In this document: in pieces, positions 1 through 13,921 of the stretch
Layout: each line of letters starts with the position of its first letter
Position numbering within the stretch: position 1 is the first letter of the stretch
NCBI GenBank assembly: GCA_012295275.1
Contig: CM022665.1
Coordinates: 9,362,001 to 9,426,000 of the forward strand
Direction: 5' to 3'
Length of the DNA: 64,000 nucleotides
Source of the DNA: Chrysomallon squamiferum
Taxonomy: Eukaryota > Animalia > Mollusca
Made by a program: the position numbers and the translations under genes
The notes under the pieces: generated by a model
The model's input: only the letters and a program-made list of their open reading frames with translations
Told to the model about the DNA's origin: nothing
The model's database searches: none

Positions 1-762
1 GATAATCAATTTTAGTGAATAATAAAAATAAATTTATAAGTAATATTAAACCATTTATCAGCAGCAAAGAATTATAATGAGTTTTGTCACATAACTTTTG
101 CTTAATAAGATGACAAACATGTTTTTATTTATTGGAAAAATGTATTCAGAACTTCCTGGCAGAGCTGGTGAAAGATATATGAAATCCATAATATACCATC
201 CCACCCAATTCTTTCATAATATTAGCGTGTTTTATGTGAAACTTATTCATTACTTATTGTATAAACAGAGTTTGTGTGAATGCATATTTCAGAATCTTTT
301 GTACATACACGTACATATCCATATGTATAATTCTTTTGCATGTACTGATGACAATTTGTATAGCATTTTCAAAGTGTTACAGAATAAAATCCTTTACTGT
401 TCATTTTTTTTTTTTTATGTCTTTCACTAAATTATATGTATGTATGTATGAGTTTCCATTTGGCTCAATACCCCTACACTTCTTTTCTTATTATTCTTAA
501 TGTAAAGAATAATAATCGTAATATTTCTAACAGACGGTAATAGATCTATAACCCTCCTTGAAGCACTTTTTTTGCAACCTAGTATTTTGATAATTATTAA
601 TAAATTACAGACTAAAAAATAAATAGAAGTTACTTCTATTTTTAGTATTACTATGTTCTGATAAATAGGTGCCAAATGGGGATACAGAAATTCATATATA
701 TATATATATATATATAAAGATGAAATTAGATACGACAGAAGGTAGCCTTGATTATAATATTA

Positions 763-814
763 TAATAATAATAATAATAATAATAATAATTATTATTATT
801 ATTATTATTATTAT
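763..814. repeat. (AAT)n directly followed by (ATT)n, an inverted microsatellite
   Basis: Read directly from the sequence. Confidence 0.9.
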
Positions 815-971
815 TTCAAATTTTACATTAACTAAGCAAAGTAAATGATAATTTTATAATTATAATTATTATTTTCCCATCCCCGGAGATAACGGAAATA
901 GTTTCAACAAAACACTGTAGAACTTGGATTATTCTGTACGTGAAACATTTCCGAATTTTCTGTAGTTTTAA

Positions 972-1005
972 AATCACGTGACACAGTTGCTATTAAGCGC
1001 ATGCG
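972..1005 (+). promoter_or_regulatory. Putative CLIC proximal promoter (E-box TCACGTGAC and NRF1-like GCGCATGCG)
   Basis: TCACGTGAC at 974-982 and GCGCATGCG at 997-1005, about 80-115 nt upstream of the ATG, in a locally CpG-richer patch. Motif match only. Confidence 0.4.
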
Positions 1006-1087
1006 TATTTTGGATGTTATTTTGGGCGAGGCTAATGCGTCATTGATAGTTTATAAAATTGTTTCGTGTTGCATTTATTTTGTAAAA

Positions 1088-1992
1088 ATGAGCGCAGATA
1101 CTGAGCAAATATATCAGAATGACCAAACGGCCGAAAAGGACAATGATGACCCTAACCAATGTAATTTTGATCTCTATATAAAGGTAAGTTAATTGCAGTG
1201 TTTTCAATCTCGCTTTGATGGCGGACTACTGGGTATTGTTGCCGACGGATATCCGATACTATCTTAGTTCATGGCCAGCATTCAATGGCGGATTTTTTTC
1301 AAAGCGTATGATCACCGATTTTGATGATGCGGGATTGTTGCGATTTACAAACGTGAAACGATTAAGGACATTTTGCTAAAATAATCTGAAAATAAAGTGC
1401 CATTTCGTACTATTATCAACCACTATAAAGTATAATAACACTTTTTAACAGTATAACGACTATTTTTAATATTTAGAACAAGACTAAATCTAATTACATA
1501 ATTTAAAACTACCGTAATGCAATATCATTAACTCGGAATAATGCATTTATGTTATGTCAGGTATATACACTCGTGTTTTTTGTTCATATTTTCATAATTT
1601 TTTTCAAATAATTCAGAGTTCATCCTACAATAACAATTTACAGATTTCATTTACAGGGGTGTGGTCAGAAATTTTTAATGTTTCCTTAAATAATTTTTTG
1701 TGGAGTTCCATCATAATGATAATCGGTAATTATATATGAAGGGAATACAGAACCTAAGATTATAATTTAAACTATTTTGTCGTAATTATAGAGTAAATAA
1801 TGTTATCCATAGTAACAAAAATGTGAATTCAATGTATTGATTTATTCAATTTTTATTTTTTAAAACAATTTATTGAATAATAAAATAAGGAATACGGTAA
1901 TATAATAACACTTTACAATCCCCATAAAATTAAAAGTTTTTATTATTATGATTATTATTATTATTTTTTTTTTTGTTTTAAAGATTTAAAGT

Positions 1993-2029
<37 letters not shown>

Positions 2030-4525
2030 TAAGAGTTGTTACACTGAAGTAAAATAAAACTGCTATTTATTGATGATGGTTTTGTGCAGTTTATGAATTT
2101 ATCATGAATTAAAAATGTTACACCTACATGGTTCATATGCAAATAAAATAAGTATTTAGTCTGAATACACCGGCTGTTTTGTTAGGTCAAATTCTAGGTA
2201 TGTAGAAATTAAGTAAAATTGTAATCAGTATAAACCATGTAGGAATATAGTAATAGTTCATACTTGAATTGGGCTTGAAAATGGTATAGCATCAGACACA
2301 ACTTTCTATTCTGAAATATTGCACCTGGTTAATCTAATAAACTTCCATCATCCAAGATAGCAAACATGTTTTTCCTCTTGGAAAATACATACCTTAAATT
2401 TTGAGGTCCATTAACATAAGCACTGCACATAGAGAACATTTATTTTATTAACATTCTTATATTACATTTTGTAAATATTCTAAAATTAATCCTAATTATA
2501 TAAGGATAGCTCTCAGTAATAAAGGCGGTGTTATCTTTCATAGACTAATTACATAATAAATAGTTGATTGTTACATTTTATTTGGAACTTGTTTTTTTCC
2601 ATATTTTGTTATAAGCTGTCTAGAAATGTTTGTATCATAAATATATACAAATATTTTGAATGGTATTGTGCTAAACTTTTCTTTTTCTTTTTAATTATTA
2701 TTTGTATTTTCAGGCATCACCCATTGACAAAGAGACAAGAGGACCATGTCCACTGTGTCAGCAATGGTTTATGATAGCCTACCTTATGGCTGAAAACCAG
2801 GAAGGGGTCGTCTTCAAGGTTTTTACTGTCCAGGCTGACTGTCCTCCAAAGCTTTTTGTGGACAAAGGTTGGAGCAAGACATTTCCGGTAGTCATTGCAA
2901 AAAAGCCTTGTCGCAACAAAGCAGGACATGACTTGGCAGATGAGATGTTTGACACATTTGAAGAACTGGAGAAATTCTTTGAGGGCATTAATCGATCATG
3001 TCCTGAGTTGAAACGCCACAATGCTCCCAATGCCAATGCTGTTCTTGAAGTAGCAGATATTTATGCTGTGAGTATCTTTTATCTAATGTGTAAAATGTTA
3101 TTCAGGTTACAAAATTCATTTGGCATAGTTATGAACATGGTTCATTACCAAATGTTTAAAATACATATAATTGCATATATCACTTACGCTACATGGATTA
3201 GATTGGTTATGCTTATACAAAACTAATAAACTTATTTATGTTCATGTTGAACAAAAAAACATTAAAAATTATTTTCTTCAGCCACCCCTCTATATTTCTT
3301 CAGCAGTGATAAAAAGCCTGATTATATAGGTAAACATGATTGAGTTAAATAAAACAATTATTGACATATAGATATTATGAACTGTAATGTTATACTTAAA
3401 ATTCATATTTTTGACACCAGCCATTTTCTTTGCCAGTTTCACAAAGAATAAAAAAAAAATGTTCATATGAAGCACATCAGTCCCACATAGTTGTCACTAA
3501 ATCTTGGTATTTCAGTGTTCTACAGCTATTAATTACATTTAAACAATTTGATAATGTCATTCAGTATAAAAATGTATATTAATAATAAGGTACATAGTGC
3601 TTATAAAAGTAGTAGTAAAGCTTTAGGTTAAAAAATTTCAGGAAGAATTATTTTCAAAGTCATTTCCAGGTTGGAAATGGAAACTGTTTTGGATTTCAGT
3701 TTTTCTGAATTTCGTTTCTTCTATTTTTAAAAACAGGTTTTCTGTGGTTTCCTGAAGGGATCCAAGAAACTAACTCAGCTGGAAAGGAAACTTGAAGAAT
3801 TGAATGATTACTTAGAATCAAATGAAGGCAAATTTCTTGTAGATGATGTCTTGAGTTTTGCCGACTGTCACCTTTTACCACGACTGCAGCATCTCAGAGT
3901 GGCTGCTGAAGTGAGCAATATAATTCTGAATTTCCTTTTTTTATTATTTCTTTTTTATTTATATATATATTTATATATACAATCAAAATTATAAAAATTA
4001 TGCTAGTTATATTTGTTTTTTATTGTTTATAGTACAACATTGGGGGGGGTTATCATTTGCTTTGGTATAAAAATACTAATTTTAAAAATAGTTTACCTGA
4101 ATTTATTGGTTAAACAGTCTGTGGCTCTTGTGCCTGTTGTACTTTTGTAAGTATAGTAGATTTTAAGCTAATTGTATTTTTTTTTTTCCTAGAAATACTG
4201 CAACTATCAAATTCCATCCAAGTTCACTGCCTTGTGGAAATATTTGGATGATGCCTACCATCAGCCAGCCTTTATTAACACATTGCCATCAGATCAGGAT
4301 ATTGTGTACAATTATGAAAAGAAAACTGCTTTTCCTCTTCCAAAGCGTGGCAACCCAACACTACAAGCTTTCACTTACACAAAAGATATCCCAGAGGAAG
4401 TCAAAGCAGTTTTAAATAAGAAGACTGATGATCAAGAAGTAATGGAAAGTAATGGAGAGTCTGCATTAAATGAAAATGAAAGTAGCATAAATGAAGATTC
4501 CACAGTTAATGATAGCCCAGAGTAA
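1088..4525 (+). CDS. CLIC: Chloride intracellular channel (CLIC/EXC-4 family, GST fold), 4 coding exons, ~318 aa
   Basis: Exons 1088-1183, 2714-3067, 3737-3910 and 4193-4525, all with GT-AG phase-0 junctions. The joined protein has the CLIC-type N-terminus (FDLYIKASPID..RGPCPLCQQWFM), the GST C-terminal motif FLVDDVLSFADCHLLPRLQHLRVA, and WKYLDDAYHQPAF..TLPSDQDI. Confidence 0.9.
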
Positions 4526-7500
4526 AAGTGAAATTTCACTTTCTAACAACCACTATATTCAGGTTGAACTATTGCTGCATCAGTTGTTAGCCAGTATAGG
4601 GGTGTGACTGTTGCATGCAAAATTACAGTGATGGCATCTGACAGACAGATTTCCTGTATGTATTCAATATCTATCCAGAGAAAATAAGTATTTTATGAAT
4701 GTTTAATGGACAAAAATTGTCAGTGTAATTTGAATAACATGTATAGATTTTATTTGATATTATGCTTAAGATATTGTGATCACGAATATCATTGACATGT
4801 AATTCAAATATAAAACATTGGTGTAAAATCAAGAATACCATAATGCATAAATTGAGGACAGTAATGTTTCTCAAATCTGAATTAGCCAAAATACAATATT
4901 AAAAATCATATTTTTTTCTTCATGTTTATATTGTCTTTATTTTAGACAGGAATCTTTGTTTTTTTTAAAAACATTTGTACATGGGACCAGATCTAATGCC
5001 AGATACAAATTGGCAGAACCAGAAACTTCTGAAATGTAATTTATGCAACAGACATTTACAGACACAATTAATAATAGTCATAATAAAGTTTAAAAATATT
5101 AATTTATTTTAATTCTGTTTTCTCATATTTTTAAACCTGGTAGGCAAAAACCACAAATTTGAGTTAGACTGAGTAGGGTGTTTACTGCTGTGCGGCAGTT
5201 AATTCTCTGATGTTTTGTAGATAAAGGAATGGGGTCAGGCAGGTTTGTTCGTCATGCATTTGGATAAGACCTATTTAATGATGGCAAAATATATTTAATT
5301 TTAAAATGTTTGGAAAACCACTTTCATTAAACAGTTTGTCATGCATGTCATTATTAATTAATGGTTGTCATAAATCAGAATGTAAATAATAAAGGATCTT
5401 TAAAATAAGCATTATTGTACTTAGGCTTTTGATAGTGAATTACTTACCATGCTGAATGTTCCTTTAATTTAAAGCGACAAAAAACCAGAAATGTTTTCTT
5501 TTGGATACGTTTAAATAATATCTACACAAGTACATAATGCATACTAATTGCCGTTTCTTCTGTTAGATGTTCTCATATGGGAAATTTATTTTTAATTTTA
5601 TATATATATATATATATAGTTTTTTTTTTTTCAAACTTGCAGAATACAGATTTTAACTAACTCATATAAAGTACAAGTTAAATCGTTCAGGATTATTTTT
5701 CCAAATTATATGTATATTGATGAAAATAGATAATTGCTGAAGAAACATTGCTTTGTGAAAAGAAAAAGAAAAAATCTATGCATTATGGAACCACAAACAG
5801 TTGGCATCAAATTCTTCCTTTCCCCTCAGATAAATAAATAAATATGATTTGCATAAACTTAGCACTTACCCTTCTGGTGTATATTAAAATTAGAAAAATG
5901 CATTTTTCTGTGGCATATTTTTGGTTAGTTCATATATTAGTTAATGTTTGGTTTTTCTACTCCTTGCTTTTCCAACAGTAGGCAAGGCCTTTGGCTTGTA
6001 GCATTATATCAAAACATTAGTGCATATATAAATATATATCTTTGTATGTATAATTATATATCTATACATGTATTACAATAGTTAGAGAATGAATGTCTTG
6101 GCAGATTTTGATTGTCTAGAGACAAAACTTTCTTTGGTGTATAGCCAAATACTTCTTTTTTTTTAAAAATGTTTTAAATTTTTAATACTGAAGTTAATTT
6201 GAAAAGGTTCTGAAAAACATTTTTGAGGTTTTGTTACCATGTTTTCATGTTTCAGTGTTTTTTTTTTGTTTTTTTTTTATAAAAGATCTCAGTTGATGTT
6301 CAGAGGGTTCATATTCTGATGGAGTGAATAACATTACGACGTTTAATATGATGAGCACACATATTTTTCCTGTGCATGTTACATTGTTTTTTTAAATTAT
6401 TTTTTGTAAATTGGGAATTCACCAGTTAACTTCAGTACATTTCCATTTTTTTTATATTTTTTTTTATTTTTTATGTGTACTTCACATAAAAATAATTTGA
6501 TTACCTGGTGCAGTATAATACTGCTTTTAGTTTTAATTAAACTGTTTTGATATACTGAAGCAAAAACAACAATAGTGGGTCTTTAGTCAATCTGCTGTCA
6601 GTACATGATTTAAAGTAAGTGGATAAATCTTGACAAAAGCAGTAATTTGAATCAAATAATTATTATCAGGAAGGCTTGTACACATAAGCACATTTATTGC
6701 AATAAAAATAATTAAAACTGGGAAATTTGTTGGTTTTTTTTACTAACCTGACTGGAATGAAATTACTAATATTTGAAGGCAAGGTTATGTCATGGATATA
6801 CTATATTTTGGTTTTTTAAAATGTCTGTAATTCACACCTGTTTATATAACTGGAGCAAGACAAACTACAAAATTCTGAAATTGGTATTTATTAATATAAT
6901 AAATAGCACATGTTAACTATTTATAAACTTGCATCGTGATCCAGCACATTTAAGAAGTTAATGACAATAATAATTTAAAATTTTGGTACAAAATTAAAAA
7001 AAAAAAAAAAAAAATTCAGCTGAACTCTAAGAAAACGCTGTTTATGCTTTAGAAAGTAGCATTATAAAAACCAGCACTATAACTTTAATGGAAAATATTA
7101 AAAATGACATTTGAGAAAAAAAAAAAAAAAAAAAAAAATGGAAATCATAATTATTTTCAAAGGACAAATGTACTGGATATAGCTCAACATCAGAACAGAC
7201 TACATACATCCTCAATTTCTTAATGCTAGTGAATTGGACTTCGACTGTAGCATTTGTTTTTCTTCTATCCAGTAGAATAATGTATGTTTTTATTATGTTC
7301 ACTGATTTCTGCATTGATTTGATTTTTTAATTACATTTTTGTTTTGATGCTAAGCAATAACAATAATCGGTAGCATATCAAGAACAGAAACAGAGTGCCT
7401 TAAGATAAATGCATTTCATTATAAAGAAAGAAGAAGTCATTTGGGAAAATACATCTGTATATGATAAGTTTAGCTGAACTGATAATTTCTTGCAAAATGA

Positions 7501-7863
7501 AGATCAAATCTAGAATGTGTAGTAATATAAAGAAAATATATTTTTACAAACCCATCCAAAGATGAAACATGCTTATAATTATTAAAAAAATTGTCATATT
7601 AGAATATGGGAAAATTAATACTGCCCCACAAAATCACTAATTAGTAATTTTATGAAATATTTGTCTTTTTTAAAACTTTCACATAACAAAAATGGTTTTA
7701 AACCTGTGTTCTGCAAAGAAAACTGGAGAGAAGTTTAAAAAAAGAAAGTTGGATTATAAAGAAGGGAGGTAACTCAAAACAATGAATCTAAAGGATGAAA
7801 AAACGTAACAAATTGTTAGCTGTAGTTTTGTTGAATGTACTGAGTTGTCCAAAATCTTGTGCT

Positions 7864-9884
7864 TCATTTTCCTTTTTCCTTAAAATAATCAGCTAAAAAG
7901 AACCAAAAAAAAAGAGAGAACATTCAGTTAAGTATCTATTAAACAATTTTGTTAACTGCAAAATAATGAACATGAAAATTGAAGAAAGAAATGCATGAAA
8001 CACAGAAAAAAGAAAACTAAGATCAAGATAAAAATATTAATTTCACACTGAAAAAAAAAGAAAATAGATTACAAATCATATTTCTGAGACAGTCTTCAAA
8101 GAAAAGAGTAAGTTATCTTTTATGCTGGTTAATAATGCTGGTTGACAACCAGAGAAGGATTATGGCTGTAATGGAAAATAATGCAATAGACAATCTGAAA
8201 ACTACTGATCCTGCAGCTTATCATGACCAACACCATTCTTTTAACCAAAGGACTACTGTTTTCATTTTGTCTTATAAAATAATGTTAAAAGTGTATTTTC
8301 TGGTATGGAAGTTACTGATATGAAAACAAAAATAATATATATATATATATATATATACCTAATTTTTCAACTGCCTCAACACATATACCAGCAAACATGT
8401 TTTCCGTATATGTAGCAACAAGAAGCAGAGTATTGGTTTTAACTAGCACTAGGCCATTCTTGTTCTGAAAAATATAAAATGGAATTAGAACAATAACTTA
8501 TGTCAAACTAACAGAATAACCAGTCAGATATTGCACAATGTAATTTTGAGTTACAGCCTATTATGCAGTCCGGTGCATCAATAGATCAATTTTTTTTCCA
8601 CCATAAATAGGTTTGAAAACATCTTGACCCTCATGTCTATATATATATTTTGCTGAAATCGGTCAATAAAACATGTCAAAATCTTAATGAAATTATGCTA
8701 CACACTTATTTTCCTAAGATTCATCTAAAATCTCTGACATCACACCCCTATACATTACATATCACTGATCTCTAGAATGTGGTTTATCTTATTCCAACAA
8801 AACTTGAGTTTTGATAATTTTCACCATGTGACTGGTTATCCTATGTTGCTACACAATTACAGTAATTTGTTATGACCTAAAATAAATAAGAACAGCATGA
8901 AATAAAAAAACAGCTTCATCTAATTATTACAGTAAACTTTGGTAAACTGTCAGCTCTTAAGGCATTCTGATATGTAAATATTATAATAAAGTTATATTTT
9001 TCACCCTGACAAAGCTAACAAAAAGCTTTTTAATTCCATGTAGTTGTAATGAAAAACATTTGATCTCATGAAACTGGTATTAACAGTTAAAAACAGAAAT
9101 TATTGTTAATAATAATATGATTCATTGGTGCTGAACATCCTATTATTTGTATAAGTTAATATAACACTGACAGTTATGCTTACACATTTTGCATATATTG
9201 AATTCCTGTCAGCTCGTACACATTTGTACTGTTGGTCTGAAAAATAGATTCCTTCCTCACGTGTCTGTGGAGGATTTCTAAAAGCATCCAATAACATCTG
9301 GACTTGATCTGGATACAACTGAAAATGTAAATAATAAAGCATGTTCACATAAGAAATTAGTGATAATAATCATCAAAAGAAGGCCCAAACTAATATTATT
9401 ACCAGCTTATTTAATTCTGATTACATCACTGTGTATAATAGTATTTTTTAAAAATCATCTTATCTTTTTTCATATTCAATGTGTCTAACATTTATAGTCA
9501 TTGTAAAATTAAGCAGGGTAGTTAAGGTGTTTAAGAAAACAACATGAAGCAGATGCAATGTTTATCATTCACAGAATCATGGTTTTTTTTGCTAAAGTTT
9601 TTTAGAGTACACAGATACATCTTAATGTTACCCAACACTATCAAAATTAAATAATCTGGATTCAAATGTTTGATTTCAGATTTTAATATTTAGTGCCTGA
9701 ATAAAAATAAAAATAAAATATATATTGCTGTTTTAGAGGACAAGATCAAATATTCAAAATAACATACAGTAAAACCTAGAGAACTGGCTCTAATGCTGCA
9801 GTCTTTGCAGTAGATGATGGCACACTGCTGTACATGGTCAGTGGAAATCAAAGCATCGTGCAGCAAATTTTGAAGCTGGTTCAT
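7864..9884 (-). CDS. PFN4: Profilin-4-like protein, 4 coding exons, 128 aa from the conserved Met
   Basis: Exons 9884-9768 ([31 protein letters not shown]), 9318-9184 ([45 protein letters not shown]), 8464-8359 ([35 protein letters not shown]) and 7892-7864 (ADYFKEKGK*), phases 0,0,1. Sequence resembles vertebrate PFN4 as recalled (REGLYF..YRCVRAD..SLYAK; [15 protein letters not shown]). Confidence 0.9.
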
Positions 9885-9920
9885 TTTGACAGCATCCTGT
9901 GGGGGGGGAACACAAATAAA

Positions 9921-9969
<49 letters not shown>

Positions 9970-10820
9970 TATTTGCAGATCTGTGTGGATTAAATTATGT
10001 TTCCAGTTAGTAGTAATCTCAACATGTCCAACTAAATTTAGATTAAATGTGTATTCTAAATAAATAATTTTAGTTTGTTAAATAAATTACATGTATATGA
10101 TCTCTAATATTTTGTATGTATGTTTTGTGCTGGGTTGAACTGCAGCATCTTTGACCTTTAAAAGGAAGTTTAAGAAAGTCCCTAGCTTCTAATCATTGCA
10201 TTTTTGGAGACGAACATGCTTAGTATGGAAAAGGTGCTATATAAATATAGTACAATGTATAAATACTGAAATCAGTAGACATCTGGTTTGTGATTATGTA
10301 AAACCCTTTGCTCTTAATCATAAATAACTGATTTGTCATTGATATACTTATATAATGAAATTAATATACAACACTGGGACTATGCCATGATTTCTGGATT
10401 TGTATTAACAACATTACAAAATTTGTCTGCTTTTTTTTTTTATTTATAGTTATTTTTAGATCTGGATAGAATATTCCAAATTCATGTTAGTATTCTAGTG
10501 GTAACAAAAATATTTAACATATTTTAACTGAGTTCCATAGCTATAAATTACATAAAATGCTAAGAATTTTCCATTGTCACAACTTGAAATAAAAATGAAA
10601 TGCTGATATTAATATAAAGTTTTAATCATAATAGTCTTATCAGTAACAAGAAACAAACCAGAATTTCAGAAGAGTCAGTATAAAGTTTCAAACAAGTTCA
10701 TTATATAAGCAAATGCTTATGAATAATAATATTAATAATAATGAAAATAATTTTAAAAACCCTATAATAATAATAATAATATAAAAAAAATAATAATAAA
10801 TAATAATAATTTTATAAACC

Positions 10821-10866
<46 letters not shown>

Positions 10867-10934
10867 CAAACAATTAAATTAAATAAATAAATAAAATGAT
10901 TAAGGCACATGATTGTTGTTAATATAAAACTCAC

Positions 10935-10988
10935 CGGAACTCCCTGAATTTTATAATTGGGATTGTTCTGAAGATCTAAATCTGCCAT
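10935..10988 (-). CDS. Candidate upstream coding exon of the profilin-4-like gene (MADLDLQNNPNYKIQGVP)
   Basis: AAAAATGG start context at 10988, 18 open codons, then a strong donor CCG|GTGAGT. It joins in phase 0 to the profilin acceptor at 9896 (DAVK-MNQLQ..). Confidence 0.5.
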
Positions 10989-11927
10989 TTTTATACAATA
11001 TTTCAGTTTGAAAATTAAAATAAAGGAATTGACTTCTCTGTATATGTAAGTACAGAAATTTTATATATACTGATATATCTGTCAGTATAACAAGTAGTTC
11101 ACTACATACAGTATGATAACACTGATCAAGTCTTTTCAGTAGCTCGGTAACACAAAACTGCAGACTGGGAAACACAGAGTTCAACAGAGGTAAACCAATT
11201 CAAAGAATTATTCAATAGATTTTGGTAAATCAAGCATATTGTGTGAACACCAGCTGACATTAAAACTGTTGCCAAACCTAAACTGTGATTAAAGATACTT
11301 AACATCCAATATCCATTACAGTAACACAATGCTGTCTAAATAGCTGATTGAATGCCTATTGTTATCTGCATGATTGCACTTTGATAACTTTCATGCACAC
11401 TGATTATGGATAATATACTGAGGAGTGATTAAACGAAAAAATATTTTCTCAGTCTTTTTAAAATCAGAAGACATTACTATAAATAACAGCAACAAAAAAT
11501 AATAATAATAAAAAAAAAAATTAAAAAATGATAATAATAATAGAATAAAAAAAAAAAAAAAAAAACCCAACAAAATAACACAAATAATTAGTTACAGTCA
11601 GAACTTGAAAATAACATACCAAATCCTAATTAGTATTTATTATAAAATTTTATATACTGAAAAAAAAATAACCCAGAAAGAAATAGAACCTCTAAAAGAA
11701 AATAAATTATCTCATACACACCCACAAACACAAAAGAAAAACTTAACAAAATAAAATGGTGTCAAAAGAGCCAAACATAATTATTTCAGTATATTACTGA
11801 ATCAGATCAGTGAAAATAATACTTTTTTCTTCTTTTTTTCTGGTTAATTTTGACTAATATATGATTTTTGAAAATAATCCATCACTGAGGTGGATACAAA
11901 TTTTTGAATCAAATTAGATCTGTTCTA

Positions 11928-11968
<41 letters not shown>

Positions 11969-12941
11969 ATAATAATAAAAAAAAAAATAATAATAAAAAA
12001 AAAAAAAAAAAAAATAATAGAAAATTAAAATATCACTTAATTTATGAAATTAACCAGAAATTTAATTACCAAGTAAAAATGTTAGAACCAACTAACAGAA
12101 ACAACAGTCAAACTTTTTTGCAAACAACACTAAATATCATGCTTGGTGTTCTTTGCAAACTCATATTTAAAGTTTTCAAATTCAGTTAAACTATACCTAC
12201 ATTTTTTATATACAGATTGATTCTACCACAACTAGAACACATGTTTTTGCTTCTATCAAACTTCAAAATTAGTCAGAAAAGTGTCTGGAATCTTTAGTCT
12301 GTCATAAATTTAAAAAACACAGGCAACTAATATTTTGTAGTATAGACAAGGAAATATAAACAATGTCAAACAGAACAAAACTTTACAAAGTTGTTTACAA
12401 ACAAAAGGTTGATGTGACACAATAATCAACACAATCACACACACACACACATGCACGCATGCGCATGCACACACACACACACACACAAAAACCCCAAAAA
12501 TATCCCAAAATAAATGAAACAGATGAAAAACAGATTTAAAGCAGACATAGAATTATGACACTAACTGATGAGAGTTTTTGGGGTTTTTTAAATAATGAAT
12601 TTGTATTGTGGCATTACTGTTAGTGATGTGTTTTTTTAATTACACTGAAATGATAATAAACATATCACTTTATACAATGATGTGAACCAAAAACACTTTT
12701 TCCTAAACTGAAAATAATTTTCATTTCACAATCATGCCTTTGAAAGATTGCCCAGAAATCAAAACAAAATTTACTTTTATTAGTTTAACATTTATTGTTT
12801 GAATTCTTCTTAATCTAGAAAATGTAATGGAGATACAAAGCAAGAAACCCATTAACTAAACTACATGACAACAGATATATACTTGGTAATAATTATTAAA
12901 ACTAATATTGGAAAAGACAAAGTTTTTGTAAAAATACTTAC

Positions 12942-13866
12942 GTCAGAAAATGTCTCACTATGGGCCTCAGGTAAAGCCTTGGTTCTTGAATTAGGCTGGA
13001 AAATCATTTACAGATAATATTTATTCACATAAATTAATTTTTTGAAGTTGTCTGAAAGTTTAACTTTGTGATGCTGAAAACTATACATTTCTGAATAATG
13101 ATACATATTATTATTACTCTGTACAAGAAGTTAAACAAAAACAAAAAAAGAAAAAATGATGATAATAATAAAAAATATATATATAAATAAATAAACTAAT
13201 TAATAATAATAATATAAAAAAATTTTTAAACATTTTTTGTAATTTTTTATTATTATTATTATTTTTTTTAAATTATACATTCAACAGTTTTGTTAATTTA
13301 TACACTAAAAATTTCTAACACTGAAAAATATAACTGTCTAATAGTAAAAAATTATAAGTTATATTTTCTGTCATAAAATGTCCTGCTAAGGTGATCAAAG
13401 AATAAAACCAGACAAAATTGGATCCAAAACCAATGTACTTATGAACCATAACAGCACTGAAACCAGTGACATTAACACTTTATATTTTATTATAAAAAAT
13501 ACTTACTTTAGCTCTACTCTTAGTTGTTTCAGGCTGAACTGTGGTATCTAAAGTATCCTTTAATTGTAAAATAACATTTTAATATTAGATTTATTAAGTA
13601 GATCATGTGTTAAATCCTATCATTCTGTAAAATAATTATTTCTTAATAAAGTATTTGATTTTTATTATTTAATATCAGTTTTATTAAATGTATCATATGC
13701 ATTCAAAATATAATCATAACTAGAGATCAGACAGGTATAATACTTGAAAAGACACCTTGGACCATTTTAGAAAATTTGTATTGACTGAAAAATTATAAAT
13801 TAATTGCATGAATTCATCTATGTCAAATTAATAAATAAAAATTAATATTGTTTTCATACTTTAATT

Positions 13867-13921
<55 letters not shown>

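Noticed and set aside
98-675. Short ORFs at the window start
   Set aside because: Composition is typical of AT-rich non-coding DNA, with no recognisable motif or consistent splice structure.
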